Assembly (NCBI RefSeq): GCF_003334355.1
Contig: NZ_QOWP01000021.1
Source of the DNA: Escherichia coli
Lineage (GTDB): Bacteria > Pseudomonadota > Gammaproteobacteria > Enterobacterales > Enterobacteriaceae
Reading direction: 5' to 3' (one strand)
DNA length: 64,000 nucleotides
The notes beneath the pieces were generated by a model. That model saw only the letters and a program-made list of their open reading frames with translations, was not told the origin of the DNA and ran no database searches. Positions 1 to 12,227 of this stretch are shown in pieces (within the stretch, counting starts at the first letter, position 1; each line of letters begins with the position of its first letter). Position numbers and translations under genes: made by a program.

Positions 1-71
1 GTAGCTCAGCTGGATAGAGTACTCGGCTACGAACCGAGCGGTCGGAGGTTCGAATCCTCCCGGATGCACCA
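1..71 (+). tRNA. argZ: tRNA-Arg (anticodon ACG), 5' end truncated by window edge (first 6 nt missing)
   Basis: Identical to the full copy at 270-346 from its position 7 onward; ends in CCA at 69-71. Confidence 0.8.
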
Positions 72-206
72 TATTCTCCGAAATCTTCAGCAATGAAGGT
101 ATCGAAGAGGTAGCGGAATTAACCGCAGGCACTAGGGATGATAACGTTGCTTTAGCAACGGCCCGAAGGGCGAGCCGCAAGGCGAGTAATCCTCCCGGAT
201 GCACCA
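72..206. repeat. Inter-tRNA spacer repeat unit 1, ending in a pseudo tRNA 3'-end fragment (aatcctcccggatgcacca, 188-206)
   Basis: Near-identical to spacer 347-479; contains duplicated tRNA-Arg 3' terminus. Confidence 0.7.
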
Positions 207-269
207 TCTCTTAATTGATATGGCTTTAGTAGCGGTATCAATATCAGCAGTAGAATAAGTTTTCCCGAT

Positions 270-346
270 GCATCCGTAGCTCAGCTGGATAGAGTACTCG
301 GCTACGAACCGAGCGGTCGGAGGTTCGAATCCTCCCGGATGCACCA
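270..346 (+). tRNA. argQ: tRNA-Arg (anticodon ACG), complete 77 nt
   Basis: gcatccgtagctcagctggatagagt...ggatgcacca; cloverleaf with ACG anticodon in ggctACGaacc loop; recalled E. coli arg tRNA sequence. Confidence 0.9.
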
Positions 347-479
347 TATTCTCCGTAACCTTCAGCAATGAAGGTATCGAAGAGATAGCGGTATTAACCG
401 CAGGCACCAGGAAGGATAACGTTGCGCCAGCAACGGCCCGAAGGGCGAACGTCAGTGAGTCATCCTCCCGGATGCACCA
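347..479. repeat. Inter-tRNA spacer repeat unit 2 with pseudo tRNA 3'-end fragment (462-479)
   Basis: Direct repeat of 72-206 with a few substitutions. Confidence 0.7.
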
Positions 480-626
480 TCTTCTCCAAAAAATTTCCTT
501 CAAAAATATCTCATTTCTAAATAACTCCTTTATCCATTTCCTGAATTTTCTTCTCCTTCGCCATCAGCGACAAAATCAAGCAATTACGCTAAAGTAGCGT
601 CATATTTTTCGACTTGCGAGAAGACC

Positions 627-1193
627 ATGTACGAGCGTTATGCAGGTTTAATTTTTGATATGGATGGCACAATCCTGGATACGGAGCCTACGCACCGTAA
701 AGCGTGGCGCGAAGTATTAGGGCACTACGGTCTTCAGTACGATATTCAGGCGATGATTGCGCTTAATGGATCGCCCACCTGGCGTATTGCTCAGGCAATT
801 ATTGAGCTGAATCAGGCCGATCTCGACCCGCATGCGTTAGCGCGTGAAAAAACAGAAGCAGTAAGAAGTATGCTGCTGGATAGCGTCGAACCGCTTCCTC
901 TTGTTGATGTGGTGAAAAGTTGGCATGGTCGTCGCCCAATGGCTGTAGGAACGGGGAATGAAAGCGCCATCGCTGAGGCATTGCTGGCGCACCTGGGATT
1001 ACGCCATTATTTTGACGCCGTCGTCGCTGCCGATCACGTCAAACACCATAAACCCGCGCCAGACACATTTTTGTTGTGCGCGCAGCGTATGGGCGTGCAA
1101 CCGACGCAGTGTGTGGTCTTTGAAGATGCCGATTTCGGTATTCAGGCGGCCCGTGCAGCAGGCATGGACGCCGTGGATGTTCGCTTGCTGTGA
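627..1193 (+). CDS. yqaB: HAD-family sugar phosphatase YqaB
   Basis: 188-aa ORF; DMDGTILDTE HAD motif I; recalled E. coli YqaB. Confidence 0.85.
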   Translation: MYERYAGLIFDMDGTILDTEPTHRKAWREVLGHYGLQYDIQAMIALNGSPTWRIAQAIIELNQADLDPHALAREKTEAVRSMLLDSVEPLPLVDVVKSWHGRRPMAVGTGNESAIAEALLAHLGLRHYFDAVVAADHVKHHKPAPDTFLLCAQRMGVQPTQCVVFEDADFGIQAARAAGMDAVDVRLL

Positions 1194-1618
1194 GTGAAGC
1201 GTTATCGCTTTTCTCGTTGTTTGCCAGTAGTTTTCTCAGCGCTACACTATTACCCGGCAACTCCGAAGTCGTGCTGGTGGCAATGTTGCTTTCCGGGATC
1301 AGTCATCCCTGGGTTTTAGTTTTAACAGCAACAATGGGTAATAGCCTTGGAGGGTTAACTAACGTTATCCTTGGGCGTTTCTTTCCATTGCGTAAAACAT
1401 CGCGCTGGCAAGAGAAAGCTACCGGCTGGCTGAAACGCTATGGTGCAGTCACGCTATTATTAAGCTGGATGCCCGTGGTTGGCGATTTACTGTGTCTGTT
1501 AGCGGGATGGATGCGCATCTCGTGGGGACCGGTAATCTTTTTTTTGTGCCTTGGTAAAGCGTTACGCTATGTTGCAGTTGCAACAGCGACCGTTCAGGGC
1601 ATGATGTGGTGGCACTAA
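1190..1618 (+). CDS. yqaA: DedA/SNARE-associated family inner membrane protein YqaA
   Basis: 142-aa hydrophobic ORF overlapping yqaB stop; conserved synteny. Confidence 0.8.
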   Translation: MSEALSLFSLFASSFLSATLLPGNSEVVLVAMLLSGISHPWVLVLTATMGNSLGGLTNVILGRFFPLRKTSRWQEKATGWLKRYGAVTLLLSWMPVVGDLLCLLAGWMRISWGPVIFFLCLGKALRYVAVATATVQGMMWWH

Positions 1619-1663
1619 TTGTAGGCCTGCACATATGGTCACCATTACAGTTATGCTAATTAA

Positions 1664-3247
<1,584 letters not shown>

Positions 3248-3255
3248 CAGAAAAG

Positions 3256-3328
3256 AAAAAGGCCACTCGTGAGTGGCCAAAATTTCATCTCTGAATTCAG
3301 GGATGATGATAACAAATGCGCGTCTTTC
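3256..3328 (-). ncRNA. micA: MicA (SraD) sigma-E-dependent small RNA
   Basis: Reverse complement reads GAAAGACGCGCATTTGTTATCATCATCCCTGAATTCAGAGATGAAATTTTGGCCACTCACGAGTGGCCTTTTT; located between gshA and luxS as in E. coli. Confidence 0.8.
3261..3285. terminator. Bidirectional rho-independent terminator (gshA / MicA)
   Basis: Hairpin ggccactcgtgagtggcc flanked by A-run upstream and T-rich tract downstream. Confidence 0.7.
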
Positions 3329-3396
3329 ATATACTCAGACTCGCCTGGGAAGAAAGAGTTCAGAAAATTTTTAAAAAAATTACCGGAGGTGGCTAA

Positions 3397-3912
3397 ATGC
3401 CGTTGTTAGATAGCTTCACAGTCGATCATACCCGGATGGAAGCGCCTGCAGTTCGGGTGGCGAAAACAATGAACACCCCGCATGGCGACGCAATCACCGT
3501 GTTCGATCTGCGCTTCTGCGTGCCGAACAAAGAAGTGATGCCAGAAAGAGGGATCCATACCCTGGAGCACCTGTTTGCTGGTTTTATGCGTAACCATCTT
3601 AACGGTAATGGTGTAGAGATTATCGATATCTCGCCAATGGGCTGCCGCACCGGTTTTTATATGAGTCTGATTGGTACGCCAGATGAGCAGCGTGTTGCTG
3701 ATGCCTGGAAAGCGGCAATGGAAGACGTGCTGAAAGTGCAGGATCAGAATCAGATCCCGGAACTGAACGTCTACCAGTGTGGCACTTACCAGATGCACTC
3801 GTTGCAGGAAGCGCAGGATATTGCGCGTAGCATTCTGGAACGTGACGTACGCATCAACAGCAACGAAGAACTGGCACTGCCGAAAGAGAAGTTGCAGGAA
3901 CTGCACATCTAG
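3397..3912 (+). CDS. luxS: S-ribosylhomocysteine lyase (AI-2 synthase)
   Basis: 171-aa ORF; HTLEH metal-binding motif; matches recalled LuxS. Confidence 0.95.
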
Positions 3913-3940
3913 TCAGTAAACTATCTTCACAATTAATTGA

Positions 3941-3970
3941 AAAAAGCCAGTTCAAATGAACTGGCTTAGT
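3941..3970. terminator. Bidirectional terminator between luxS and emrB
   Basis: Hairpin agccagttcaaatgaactggct between convergent genes. Confidence 0.6.
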
Positions 3971-3975
3971 TGTAC

Positions 3976-5514
3976 TTAGTGCGCACCGCCTCCGCCGCCA
4001 CCTGCGCCAAATGGCGGTTTAGCAAACCACACCAGCCCCAGCAGGACGAGGAATATCCCGGCTGACATCCAGAAGATCTCATTGGCGGAAATAATCAGCC
4101 CCTGATTGGTGATCTGCTGGGCAATCCAGCCTGATGCCTGCTGTTGCGTCATCCCAAGCCCTTCCAGTTGACTGTACATCGCCTGGGCATTCGGGTTGAA
4201 CGGGTTTACCGACTCAGTCAACTGCGCATGGTGCATCGACTCGCGGTTGGTCCACATGGTCGTGGTTATCGACGTGCCGATAGACCCCGCCAGCGTTCGC
4301 GTAAAGTTAGAGAGGCTCGATGCCGCCGCCAGTCGTTCCGGTGGCAAACCAGACAGCGTAATGGTGGTCAGCGGCATAAAGAAGCAGGCCACCGCAAACC
4401 CCTGGATAAACTGCGGCCAGGCCGACGCGCCAAAATCCATACCTGGTTCAAAGGTATAGGCACGCCAGTAGAAGCAGACGGCATACATAATAAAGCTGAA
4501 GGTTACCAGCCGCCGCATATCCAGTTTATGCGCGAAGCGGCCGATAATCGGCGACAGGATCACCGGAATAATCCCTACCGGCGCAGAGGCCAAACCTGCC
4601 CAGGTCGCCGTGTAACCGTAGACCTCCTGCAACAACTGCGGCAGCAGAACAATAGCGCCGAAGTAGAGCATATACGCGAGGCTGATACACAAGCAGCCGA
4701 TGGTGAAGTTGCGCGACTTAAACAACGACAGATCGACTATCGGGTTATCGTCGGTCAGCTCCCAGACAATCAGGAAGCAGATAGCCACCACCGCCACCAC
4801 GGTAAGGATGATAATTTCCTGTGATGAAAACCAGTCCAGCTCTTTACCGCGGTCGAGCATAATCTGCAGGCTGCCGATACCAATAACCAGCAGTGCCAGC
4901 CCCACGGCATCAATCCGCCGCCGTTCGGTGCGGGTTTCACGTCCGCGCAGAGTTTGCAGTGTCATCAACACCACCGCCACGCCAATCGGCACGTTGATGA
5001 AGAATATCCAGCCCCAGTGGTAATTATCGCTGATATAACCGCCGAGGATCGGGCCGCAAATTGGCGCGACAATCACCGTCATCGACCACAGTGCCAGCGC
5101 GATCGAGCGTTTGGCTGGCGGGTAGTTATTCAGCAATAGACTTTGCGAAAGCGGGATCAACGGCCCGGCGACAATCCCCTGAATCACGCGGAAGAAGATC
5201 AGCATATTCAGGCTGCTGGAGACACCACACGCCCACGACGCAATAGCAAAGGCGATGGTGGACCAAAGGAACAGTTTCACTTCCCCGACGCGCTTTGCCA
5301 GCCAGCCGGTAAGCGGGATCGAGATGGCATTCGCCACCCCGAAAGAAGTGATTACCCACGTTCCCTGGCTGAGCGATGAGCCCAGATTCCCGGCGATAGT
5401 GGGGATCGCCACGTTAGCAATGGTGGAGTCCAGCACCTGCATGAATGTCGCCAGTGACAGCGCAATCGTCATAATGACCAGTTGCGCGCCTTCCAGCGGT
5501 TTTTGCTGTTGCAT
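3976..5514 (-). CDS. emrB: Multidrug efflux MFS transporter EmrB
   Basis: ORF 515 aa; conserved start MQQQKPLEG gives 512 aa; 14-TMS MFS. Confidence 0.9.
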   Translation of the reverse strand: MQQQKPLEGAQLVIMTIALSLATFMQVLDSTIANVAIPTIAGNLGSSLSQGTWVITSFGVANAISIPLTGWLAKRVGEVKLFLWSTIAFAIASWACGVSSSLNMLIFFRVIQGIVAGPLIPLSQSLLLNNYPPAKRSIALALWSMTVIVAPICGPILGGYISDNYHWGWIFFINVPIGVAVVLMTLQTLRGRETRTERRRIDAVGLALLVIGIGSLQIMLDRGKELDWFSSQEIIILTVVAVVAICFLIVWELTDDNPIVDLSLFKSRNFTIGCLCISLAYMLYFGAIVLLPQLLQEVYGYTATWAGLASAPVGIIPVILSPIIGRFAHKLDMRRLVTFSFIMYAVCFYWRAYTFEPGMDFGASAWPQFIQGFAVACFFMPLTTITLSGLPPERLAAASSLSNFTRTLAGSIGTSITTTMWTNRESMHHAQLTESVNPFNPNAQAMYSQLEGLGMTQQQASGWIAQQITNQGLIISANEIFWMSAGIFLVLLGLVWFAKPPFGAGGGGGGAH

Positions 5515-5530
5515 CACACGCACCTCTGGA

Positions 5531-6703
5531 TTAGCCAGCGTTAGCTTTTACGATATCGTCGATCAGTTTATTGACAGGTGCCAGGCTGATTTCACGCGCG
5601 GTGCTTACCGCTACCGGAGTGGAACGTACTTTATTTGCCAGTACCTGACCGTCACGGTTAGTGGTATTGACGCTCACCAGCGTGGACAAACCGATACGCA
5701 GCGGATATTGCTCCAGCTGTTTCTGGTCCAGTTCGATACGCACAGGCAGACGCTGAACGACTTTGATCCAGTTACCGGTCGCATTTTGCGCTGGAAGCAG
5801 TGAGAACGCGCTACCTGTGCCCATATCCAGACCAACCACTTTACCGGTGTATTTCACATCATCGCCGTAAATATCCGTGGTGATAGTGACCGGCTGACCG
5901 ATACGCATATTGGCAATCTGCGTCTCTTTAAAGTTGGCATCCACCCACATATTGGTGGCTGGAACGACCGCCATCAGCGGCGTCGTTGGGCTAATTTGCG
6001 CCCCAGGCTGTACCGCGCGGCGGGAGACATAACCGGTCATCGGACTGACAATACGAGTACGCTCCAGCGCCAGCCAGGCGTTACGTACTTCGGTGGCAGC
6101 CTGTTGCACGGCTGGCTGATCTTCCAGTTTAGTCCCCAGAATCATCGCCTGATTGGCATTGTATTGTTGAATCGCGACGTCCAGTTGCGCCTGGGCACTG
6201 GTGACGGCGTCGCGGGCGTGTTGCAGCTCTTCGCGACCAATCAGGTTGGCATTGCCCAGCGGCACACGGCGGTTGTAGTCGCTTTGTGCTTTCGCGAGGG
6301 CGATTTTCTGCACCTCAATATTCGCCTGCAACTGCTTGCTGTTAATCATCAGCTGGTGGGTTTGGCGAACGCTGGAAGCCAGTGCAGTTTTGGCTTTTTC
6401 AAACGCCTGGCGAGCATCTGTCGGGTCGAGAGTGACCAGCACGTCGCCTTCTTTTACAAAATCGGTGTTATCGGCCCAGACTTTCGTCACGCTGCCAGAC
6501 ACCTGAGACATAATTTGAATTTGATTCCCTGCCACGTATGCGTCATCGGTTTCTTCGAAGTGACGCAGTACCAAAAACCAATAAATCCCTATCGCTACGG
6601 CAATAATTATAAAGAGCAAGGTGAGAAGGAGGAGCAGACGCTTACGTTTGCCGCTCTTCTTTACCGGTTGCTGCGGGGTTTGAGTCTCCGCATTTGCGCT
6701 CAT
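5531..6703 (-). CDS. emrA: Multidrug efflux membrane fusion protein EmrA
   Basis: Start taken at MSANAETQTP; HlyD-family periplasmic adaptor; synteny emrR-emrA-emrB. Confidence 0.9.
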   Translation of the reverse strand: MSANAETQTPQQPVKKSGKRKRLLLLLTLLFIIIAVAIGIYWFLVLRHFEETDDAYVAGNQIQIMSQVSGSVTKVWADNTDFVKEGDVLVTLDPTDARQAFEKAKTALASSVRQTHQLMINSKQLQANIEVQKIALAKAQSDYNRRVPLGNANLIGREELQHARDAVTSAQAQLDVAIQQYNANQAMILGTKLEDQPAVQQAATEVRNAWLALERTRIVSPMTGYVSRRAVQPGAQISPTTPLMAVVPATNMWVDANFKETQIANMRIGQPVTITTDIYGDDVKYTGKVVGLDMGTGSAFSLLPAQNATGNWIKVVQRLPVRIELDQKQLEQYPLRIGLSTLVSVNTTNRDGQVLANKVRSTPVAVSTAREISLAPVNKLIDDIVKANAG

Positions 6704-6829
6704 ATTGTTCTCCACGATCTTCTTAACTCATCGGCTGAGCCGACCTGCTTGCCAAAAAGGCCAGCATGTTGCGATGCTGGCCAGTCATTTTTTCTTTTAT
6801 AAATCTGGATTTTTGAGCGAGATGACGCG

Positions 6830-7360
6830 TTAGCTCATCGCTTCGAGAACCACACCGTCTTGTTCCATCTGGTCGAGACGGGAGAGCAATTTGCGGGTGA
6901 TTTGCTCGAGCTGATCTTTTTCTGTTGTGCTGAGCGCGGACCAGAGTTGATGCAGGCAGTTATGCTGCGGTGGTAAAACCTCGCGCAAAAACTCGTGACC
7001 TTTTTCCGTTAATTGCAGATGCAGGCAGCGGCGATCGTTATCGCTTTCACGACGTTCGATCCAACCGCGTTTTTCCAGTTCATCGGCAATACGCGTCGCG
7101 TTGGTACGGGATGATCCAAGAGCACAACTTAATTCAGAAGGCTGAATACTGTGGTTTTCCTGAGACTCCAGCGTAATCAACGCCATAAACAACGTCTCGT
7201 TAATCCCCTGAGCCTTCAGCATTTTATTGCGGTTCTCCAGCAGCTTGCTTTGCATGTGCATGCAAAGACGAGTCAGAAGGATCTCCTGATAAGGAAAATC
7301 TTCGTGGCGGCTGGCGCGAAATTTTAGCATTTGTTCAATGGGCGTAAACGAACTATCCAT
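6830..7360 (-). CDS. mprA: MarR-family transcriptional repressor MprA/EmrR
   Basis: 176-aa ORF upstream of emrAB; MarR wHTH. Confidence 0.9.
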
Positions 7361-7450
7361 TTGGGTATGACCTCATTAATTTCAGCCGATATAGTAACGA
7401 CAGTGACAAATAAAGTAAATGTATTGTTTTAGAAAAATGATTCTTGTGGG

Positions 7451-7786
7451 TTATATAATCGCCATCACTTTCCAGACGAGCCCGTAGGTCAGCGCACTAA
7501 GCAGTGTTGGGATGATAATGCTGCGTGTTTTATAGAAACTGGCACCCAGTACCGCGAAGCCGACCAGCGTGGGCACGAAACGGCGTGTATCGTGCATCAC
7601 TTCTGGTGCGGTAGAGACAACCAGCAGAGCGCATATCGAGGCGATGCCAATGGTGTCGAGCAAAATACCTACCGCGCCACGTTTGGTTGGGCGGGCATTA
7701 CCCACACGCAGGCGCAGCGGCAAATAGCGGAAGCAATAATTCGCCACGCCAACCAGTAACCCAAGCAGCAGAACCTCATAGCTCAT
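7451..7786 (-). CDS. ygaH: AzlD-family branched-chain amino acid (L-valine) exporter subunit YgaH
   Basis: 111-aa hydrophobic ORF overlapping ygaZ end. Confidence 0.8.
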   Translation of the reverse strand: MSYEVLLLGLLVGVANYCFRYLPLRLRVGNARPTKRGAVGILLDTIGIASICALLVVSTAPEVMHDTRRFVPTLVGFAVLGASFYKTRSIIIPTLLSALTYGLVWKVMAII

Positions 7787-8513
7787 CGGGCGCTCCTTGC
7801 CAGAATGCCTGGATTAACGCAGTGAGGCAGCCACAGACAATGCCTGCCAGAATGGCGACGGGAATAGAAAATAGCGTTACGCCTGCAAGGGCACCAACTA
7901 ACGCTGCGGTAACGCAAAGAGATTGTTTGCGCTGGAAAGAGGCGAGCAGGAAACTCATAAAGAGTGCCGGAAGCATAAAACCTAATGCAGCTTCAACGGC
8001 GGGATAACCTTGCAGCAAGCCGCTGCCGGAGAATGCCCCTATTACCGTACCAAATACCCACGATGACCATGAACTGAAGGCAATGCCGATCATCCAGTTC
8101 TCGCTCCAGCGGCGATTATTGCGTACCAGTTTTGCGGTTGCGGCGGCAAAAACCTCATCCGTCAGGCCAAATGCCCACAGGGCGGTTTTCGATTTTTGCA
8201 GACGCTGAATAATACGGCTACGCAGTGACGGGCCATACAACACATGGCGAACATCCATTGCCATGACGGTCAGTGCAGCAACCCACAAACTACTCCCGGC
8301 TGCCAGCATCGCGGTAATGACGAACTGGCTCGCGCCTGCATAAATGATGCAGGAGAAAAAAACGCTTTCGAGAGGAGAGAATCCCAGACGGGTCGCATTC
8401 AGACCGAACGCAAAGGCCACCGGAATATAACTAATAACAATCGGTAAACTGTCTTTGCATCCTTCCATGAAGGTCGCCGAACCAGGAGCAGGCTGTGGAG
8501 TAGGGCTTTCCAT
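7776..8513 (-). CDS. ygaZ: AzlC-family exporter subunit YgaZ
   Basis: 245-aa membrane ORF, operon with ygaH. Confidence 0.8.
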   Translation of the reverse strand: MESPTPQPAPGSATFMEGCKDSLPIVISYIPVAFAFGLNATRLGFSPLESVFFSCIIYAGASQFVITAMLAAGSSLWVAALTVMAMDVRHVLYGPSLRSRIIQRLQKSKTALWAFGLTDEVFAAATAKLVRNNRRWSENWMIGIAFSSWSSWVFGTVIGAFSGSGLLQGYPAVEAALGFMLPALFMSFLLASFQRKQSLCVTAALVGALAGVTLFSIPVAILAGIVCGCLTALIQAFWQGAPDEL

Positions 8514-8636
8514 AGAGTGTACGCTTAACGATTGTTAATATTATAAATAGACTGAATGAATATCTTAACCTTATCAGACTGATGGGCTTCTTAACACCCT
8601 TATAAGTGTAAAGCCACGAAAACGGTTGCTGATTGC

Positions 8637-9821
8637 TTAATTTGCGGCTTCCTGACGATGAAAACCTCGCCACCAGACCAGTAAGTTAACCAGGGCAATT
8701 GTCGCGCCAGCCAGACAAACGCCAGCCCAACCGCCATGTTGCCAGGCTGAGGCTGAAATTAGCGAACCGGCGGCACCGCCAATAAAGTAGCTAGTCATGT
8801 AACCTGCGGTCAGGCGATTGCGCGCATCAGGATGTATCCGATAAATTACCGTCTGGTTAGTGATATGCACGCCCTGCACGGTGAGATCCAGCACCAGGAT
8901 TCCGATAATCAACGCCAGTACGGAAGTGTGACCAAACCAGATCGCCAGCCATGAAAGTAATAGCAGCAGCAGACCGAAAGTTGTGGTGTGGTGCGATTTG
9001 CCCTTATCGGCAAAACCGCCCGCCGGACGAGCGCCCAACGCTCCGGCAGCTCCCGCAAGTCCAAACAGACCAATGACACCATCGCTGTAGTTAAAAGGTG
9101 GAGCGGCAAGCAAAAAGGCCATTGAGGTCCAGAGAATGCTGAAATTGGCAAAGGTCAGGCAGCCCAGCAACGCGCGGGTACGCAGAATTTTATCGCTGAT
9201 AAACATACTGAAAACGGAACCCAACAACTGTGGGTAGTTGAGGTGGGTTTCTGATTTCATTTGTGGCAGACCACGCCATAATGCCAGCGCCATCAGTGCC
9301 ATTAACACCGAAGCAACCCAAAAGACGGTGCGCCAGCCGCCGAGATTCGCCAGCAATCCGGCAACTGTCCGTGCCAGCAAGATCCCCAACAGCAGACCGC
9401 TCATAATAGTGCCAACCACTTTGCCGCGTTTGTCCGGTGAAGCCAGCGTCGCTGCCAGCGGAACCAGAATTTGTGCCACGACAGAGAATAAACCGGTTAA
9501 TGCCGTACCGAGGATCATCATCGCCAGCGACTGACTGCTGGCAGTGATTAACATGCCGCCTGCCGCCAGTAAGGTCATCGAGACAATCAGGCGGCGGCGT
9601 TCAAACATATCACCGAGGGGAACAAGAAACAGCAGACCTGCTGCATAGCCCAATTGCGCGGCGGTAACAATAAAGCCTGCCGAACTGGCGGAAAGGGAAA
9701 AGTTACGCGCGATGGTGTCGAGCAATGGCTGAGCGTAATAGTTACTGGCGACCGCCAGACCGGTGGCGATAGATATCAGCACGATCAGCGCCGGGCTAAG
9801 CTCATGATTAGGTTTAGTCAT
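8637..9821 (-). CDS. ygaY: MFS transporter YgaY (intact reading frame here)
   Basis: 394-aa uninterrupted 12-TMS-like ORF. Confidence 0.75.
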   Translation of the reverse strand: MTKPNHELSPALIVLISIATGLAVASNYYAQPLLDTIARNFSLSASSAGFIVTAAQLGYAAGLLFLVPLGDMFERRRLIVSMTLLAAGGMLITASSQSLAMMILGTALTGLFSVVAQILVPLAATLASPDKRGKVVGTIMSGLLLGILLARTVAGLLANLGGWRTVFWVASVLMALMALALWRGLPQMKSETHLNYPQLLGSVFSMFISDKILRTRALLGCLTFANFSILWTSMAFLLAAPPFNYSDGVIGLFGLAGAAGALGARPAGGFADKGKSHHTTTFGLLLLLLSWLAIWFGHTSVLALIIGILVLDLTVQGVHITNQTVIYRIHPDARNRLTAGYMTSYFIGGAAGSLISASAWQHGGWAGVCLAGATIALVNLLVWWRGFHRQEAAN

Positions 9822-9921
9822 TATTTTTGTTCATCAGGTGATGATTAAGCTGGAAATCAATAATAGCGGATGTTGATGAATATGGGATGAAAGATAGCTT
9901 GTTGAAATGTGCGATGTGGTT

Positions 9922-10103
9922 TGTAGGCATGATAAGACGCGCCAGCGTCGCATCAGGCATTGTGCACAGAACGGCGGATGCGGCGAAAACGCCTTATCCG
10001 CCATACGGAATGAGTGTATTTTGTAGGCATGATAAGACGCTCCAGCGTCGCATCAGGCATTGTGTACAGAGCGGCGGATGAGGTAAAAACGCCTTATCCG
10101 CCC
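9922..10103. repeat. REP/BIME palindromic elements (two tandem units)
   Basis: Repeated gtaggcatgataagacgcgccagcgtcgcatcaggcat and cggatgcggcgaaaacgccttatccgcc motifs. Confidence 0.8.
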
Positions 10104-10112
10104 GAATAAAAA

Positions 10113-11105
10113 TTACTTCTGCGCTGCCAGCGCCTCATTCACCCAGCCATCGAACTGCTGCTGGTGGGCTTTGATCCAGCCATCAACATGGCCCTGAATA
10201 TCGCCTTCTGAGGCTTTGCCGTCATGCATAATGGCGTTCTGGGCGTTAATATCTGCCACTGGCAACTGCATAATGGCAAACAGTTTCGCTGCTGCCGGGT
10301 TTTTCTCGGCCCAGGCTTTGTTGGCAACGATATGCATGGTGCTGACCGGGAAGCCATAATTCGCACCATTCGGCAGTTTGGTATCGGCGTTTTTATCGCC
10401 CGGCAGTGCGGAGAACGGCACCTGCAACCAGACGACATCTTTGCCCGGCTTCAGTTCGTTACTCACCCAGTACGGCGTCCAGGTGTAGTAAAACACCGGT
10501 TTGCCCTCTTTGTAGCGACTGATGGTGTCGGCCATCATCGCCGCGTAGTTCCCCTGATTATGCGTCACGGTATGGGTCAGTTCATACGCGGCAAGCTGGT
10601 GGTTGATCGCACCTTCGCAGCCCCAGCCAGGGTTACAACCGGTTAAATCCGCTTTTCCGTCGCCGTTGGTATCGAACAGTTTGGCGATCTTCGGATCTTT
10701 CAGTTGTGCGATGTTGGTGATTTTGTACTGGTCGGCGGTTTTCTTATCGATCAGGTAACCCTGTGCCGCGCCGTTAACAAATACCCCTTCACGATAAAAT
10801 TTCTTATCGCCACCGGCAGCTTCGTACATGTTGTCATGCAGTGGCGTCCAGTTCACGGCGGTGAAGGTTGCATCGCCGGAAGCAAGCGAGGTGTAGCCAA
10901 CGTTGTAATCTACTTCGCTGGGTTTGTTGACGGTATAACCTAATTTCTCCAGCGCACGACTGACCAGCAGCGTCTGGAAGGTTTCTTCAGTGATGGTGCT
11001 CTGAACTGGATTAACAGTAATGCCTTTGCCCGGCAGATCGGCAGCAAAAGTTTGTGTAGAGATAAGCGTGGCAAACGCTGTCGCAAAAAGTACGCTATGT
11101 CGCAT
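10113..11105 (-). CDS. proX: Glycine betaine/proline ABC transporter periplasmic binding protein ProX
   Basis: Start taken at [11 protein letters not shown] signal peptide; ORF extends 14 codons upstream. Confidence 0.9.
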   Translation of the reverse strand: MRHSVLFATAFATLISTQTFAADLPGKGITVNPVQSTITEETFQTLLVSRALEKLGYTVNKPSEVDYNVGYTSLASGDATFTAVNWTPLHDNMYEAAGGDKKFYREGVFVNGAAQGYLIDKKTADQYKITNIAQLKDPKIAKLFDTNGDGKADLTGCNPGWGCEGAINHQLAAYELTHTVTHNQGNYAAMMADTISRYKEGKPVFYYTWTPYWVSNELKPGKDVVWLQVPFSALPGDKNADTKLPNGANYGFPVSTMHIVANKAWAEKNPAAAKLFAIMQLPVADINAQNAIMHDGKASEGDIQGHVDGWIKAHQQQFDGWVNEALAAQK

Positions 11106-11162
11106 TGTTATTCCTTTTTTTGGCAGGGTGATAATGCCCGGCGTCACCGGGCAAGTGCAGAG

Positions 11163-12227
11163 TTACTTAATGAATGGGCGGGTCAGCAGACCAACAGGGC
11201 CAGTGGTGTACCAGCGACGGTTGCCGCGACTGCGTGAGTCGCGCCCAACGGCCTGCGTCAGACGATCGAGGATAATGGCGAGGATCACAATCCCGACGCC
11301 GCCAACGGTGGCAAGCCCCATATCCAGACGACCGATACCGCGAAGTACCATCTGACCCAACCCGCCGACGGCAATCATCGAGGCGATGACCACCATAGAA
11401 AGGGCCAGCATCAGCGTCTGGTTAACGCCCGCCATAATGGTCGGCATCGCCAGCGGTAACTGAACTTTGAACAGCATCTGGCGCGGGCTGGCACCGAATG
11501 AGCGCGAGGCTTCAATCAGATCCGCCGGAACCTGGTTAATCCCCAGAATGGTCAGACGGATAATCGGCGGCAGAGCAAAGATGATCGTCACCACCACGCC
11601 CGGCACGTTACCGATACCAAATAGCATGACGATTGGCACCAGATAAACAAACGCTGGCGTGGTCTGCATGGCATCAAGCAGTGGACGAATAATTTTCGCC
11701 GCTCGCGGACTTCTCGCCAGCCATATCCCCAACGGCAAACCGATGACGATACAGAACAGCAGGGCGGTTAACACCAGCGCCAGAGTCACCATTGCCTGCG
11801 ACCAGGCACCGATTGCGCCGATGGCAATCAGCGAAACCAGCGTCGCCACACCCATTCCGACCCCGGAAATCTGCCAGGCGATGAGAGCGAAAACGATAAT
11901 CGCCACCGGTGCGGGCATACCCAGCAGCAATTGCTGGAAACCGTTGAGGATATAATCAACCGGAACGCGCACGCCCTGGAAGACGGGACGGAAATGGGTA
12001 ACGACCCAGTCGATCCCTTCAGTGACCCAACTGTCGAGCGGGATCAGCGTTTTATGGAACGGATCGAGAATATTAAAATGCTCGACGTTTGGCGCAGGCG
12101 TACTGGTCAGCCAGTCAGCACCACCGCCGTCAGTCGGTGCAGTCGTCGGTGTACCCCAGGCGTCTGCGGATTGCGCGGCACTGTCCGCCGCTGGCGTGGT
12201 ATCCCACGGATTATTTTGATCAGCCAT
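11163..12227 (-). CDS. proW: Glycine betaine/proline ABC transporter permease ProW
   Basis: 354-aa ORF, ABC permease EAA-like region. Confidence 0.9.
   Translation of the reverse strand: MADQNNPWDTTPAADSAAQSADAWGTPTTAPTDGGGADWLTSTPAPNVEHFNILDPFHKTLIPLDSWVTEGIDWVVTHFRPVFQGVRVPVDYILNGFQQLLLGMPAPVAIIVFALIAWQISGVGMGVATLVSLIAIGAIGAWSQAMVTLALVLTALLFCIVIGLPLGIWLARSPRAAKIIRPLLDAMQTTPAFVYLVPIVMLFGIGNVPGVVVTIIFALPPIIRLTILGINQVPADLIEASRSFGASPRQMLFKVQLPLAMPTIMAGVNQTLMLALSMVVIASMIAVGGLGQMVLRGIGRLDMGLATVGGVGIVILAIILDRLTQAVGRDSRSRGNRRWYTTGPVGLLTRPFIK

Noticed and set aside
132-503. 123-aa minus-strand ORF across the tRNA-Arg array
   Set aside because: Lies entirely antisense over tRNA genes and their repeated spacers; it is an artefact of the low stop-codon content there.
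5996-6802. 268-aa plus-strand ORF antisense to emrA
   Set aside because: Shadow ORF inside emrA.
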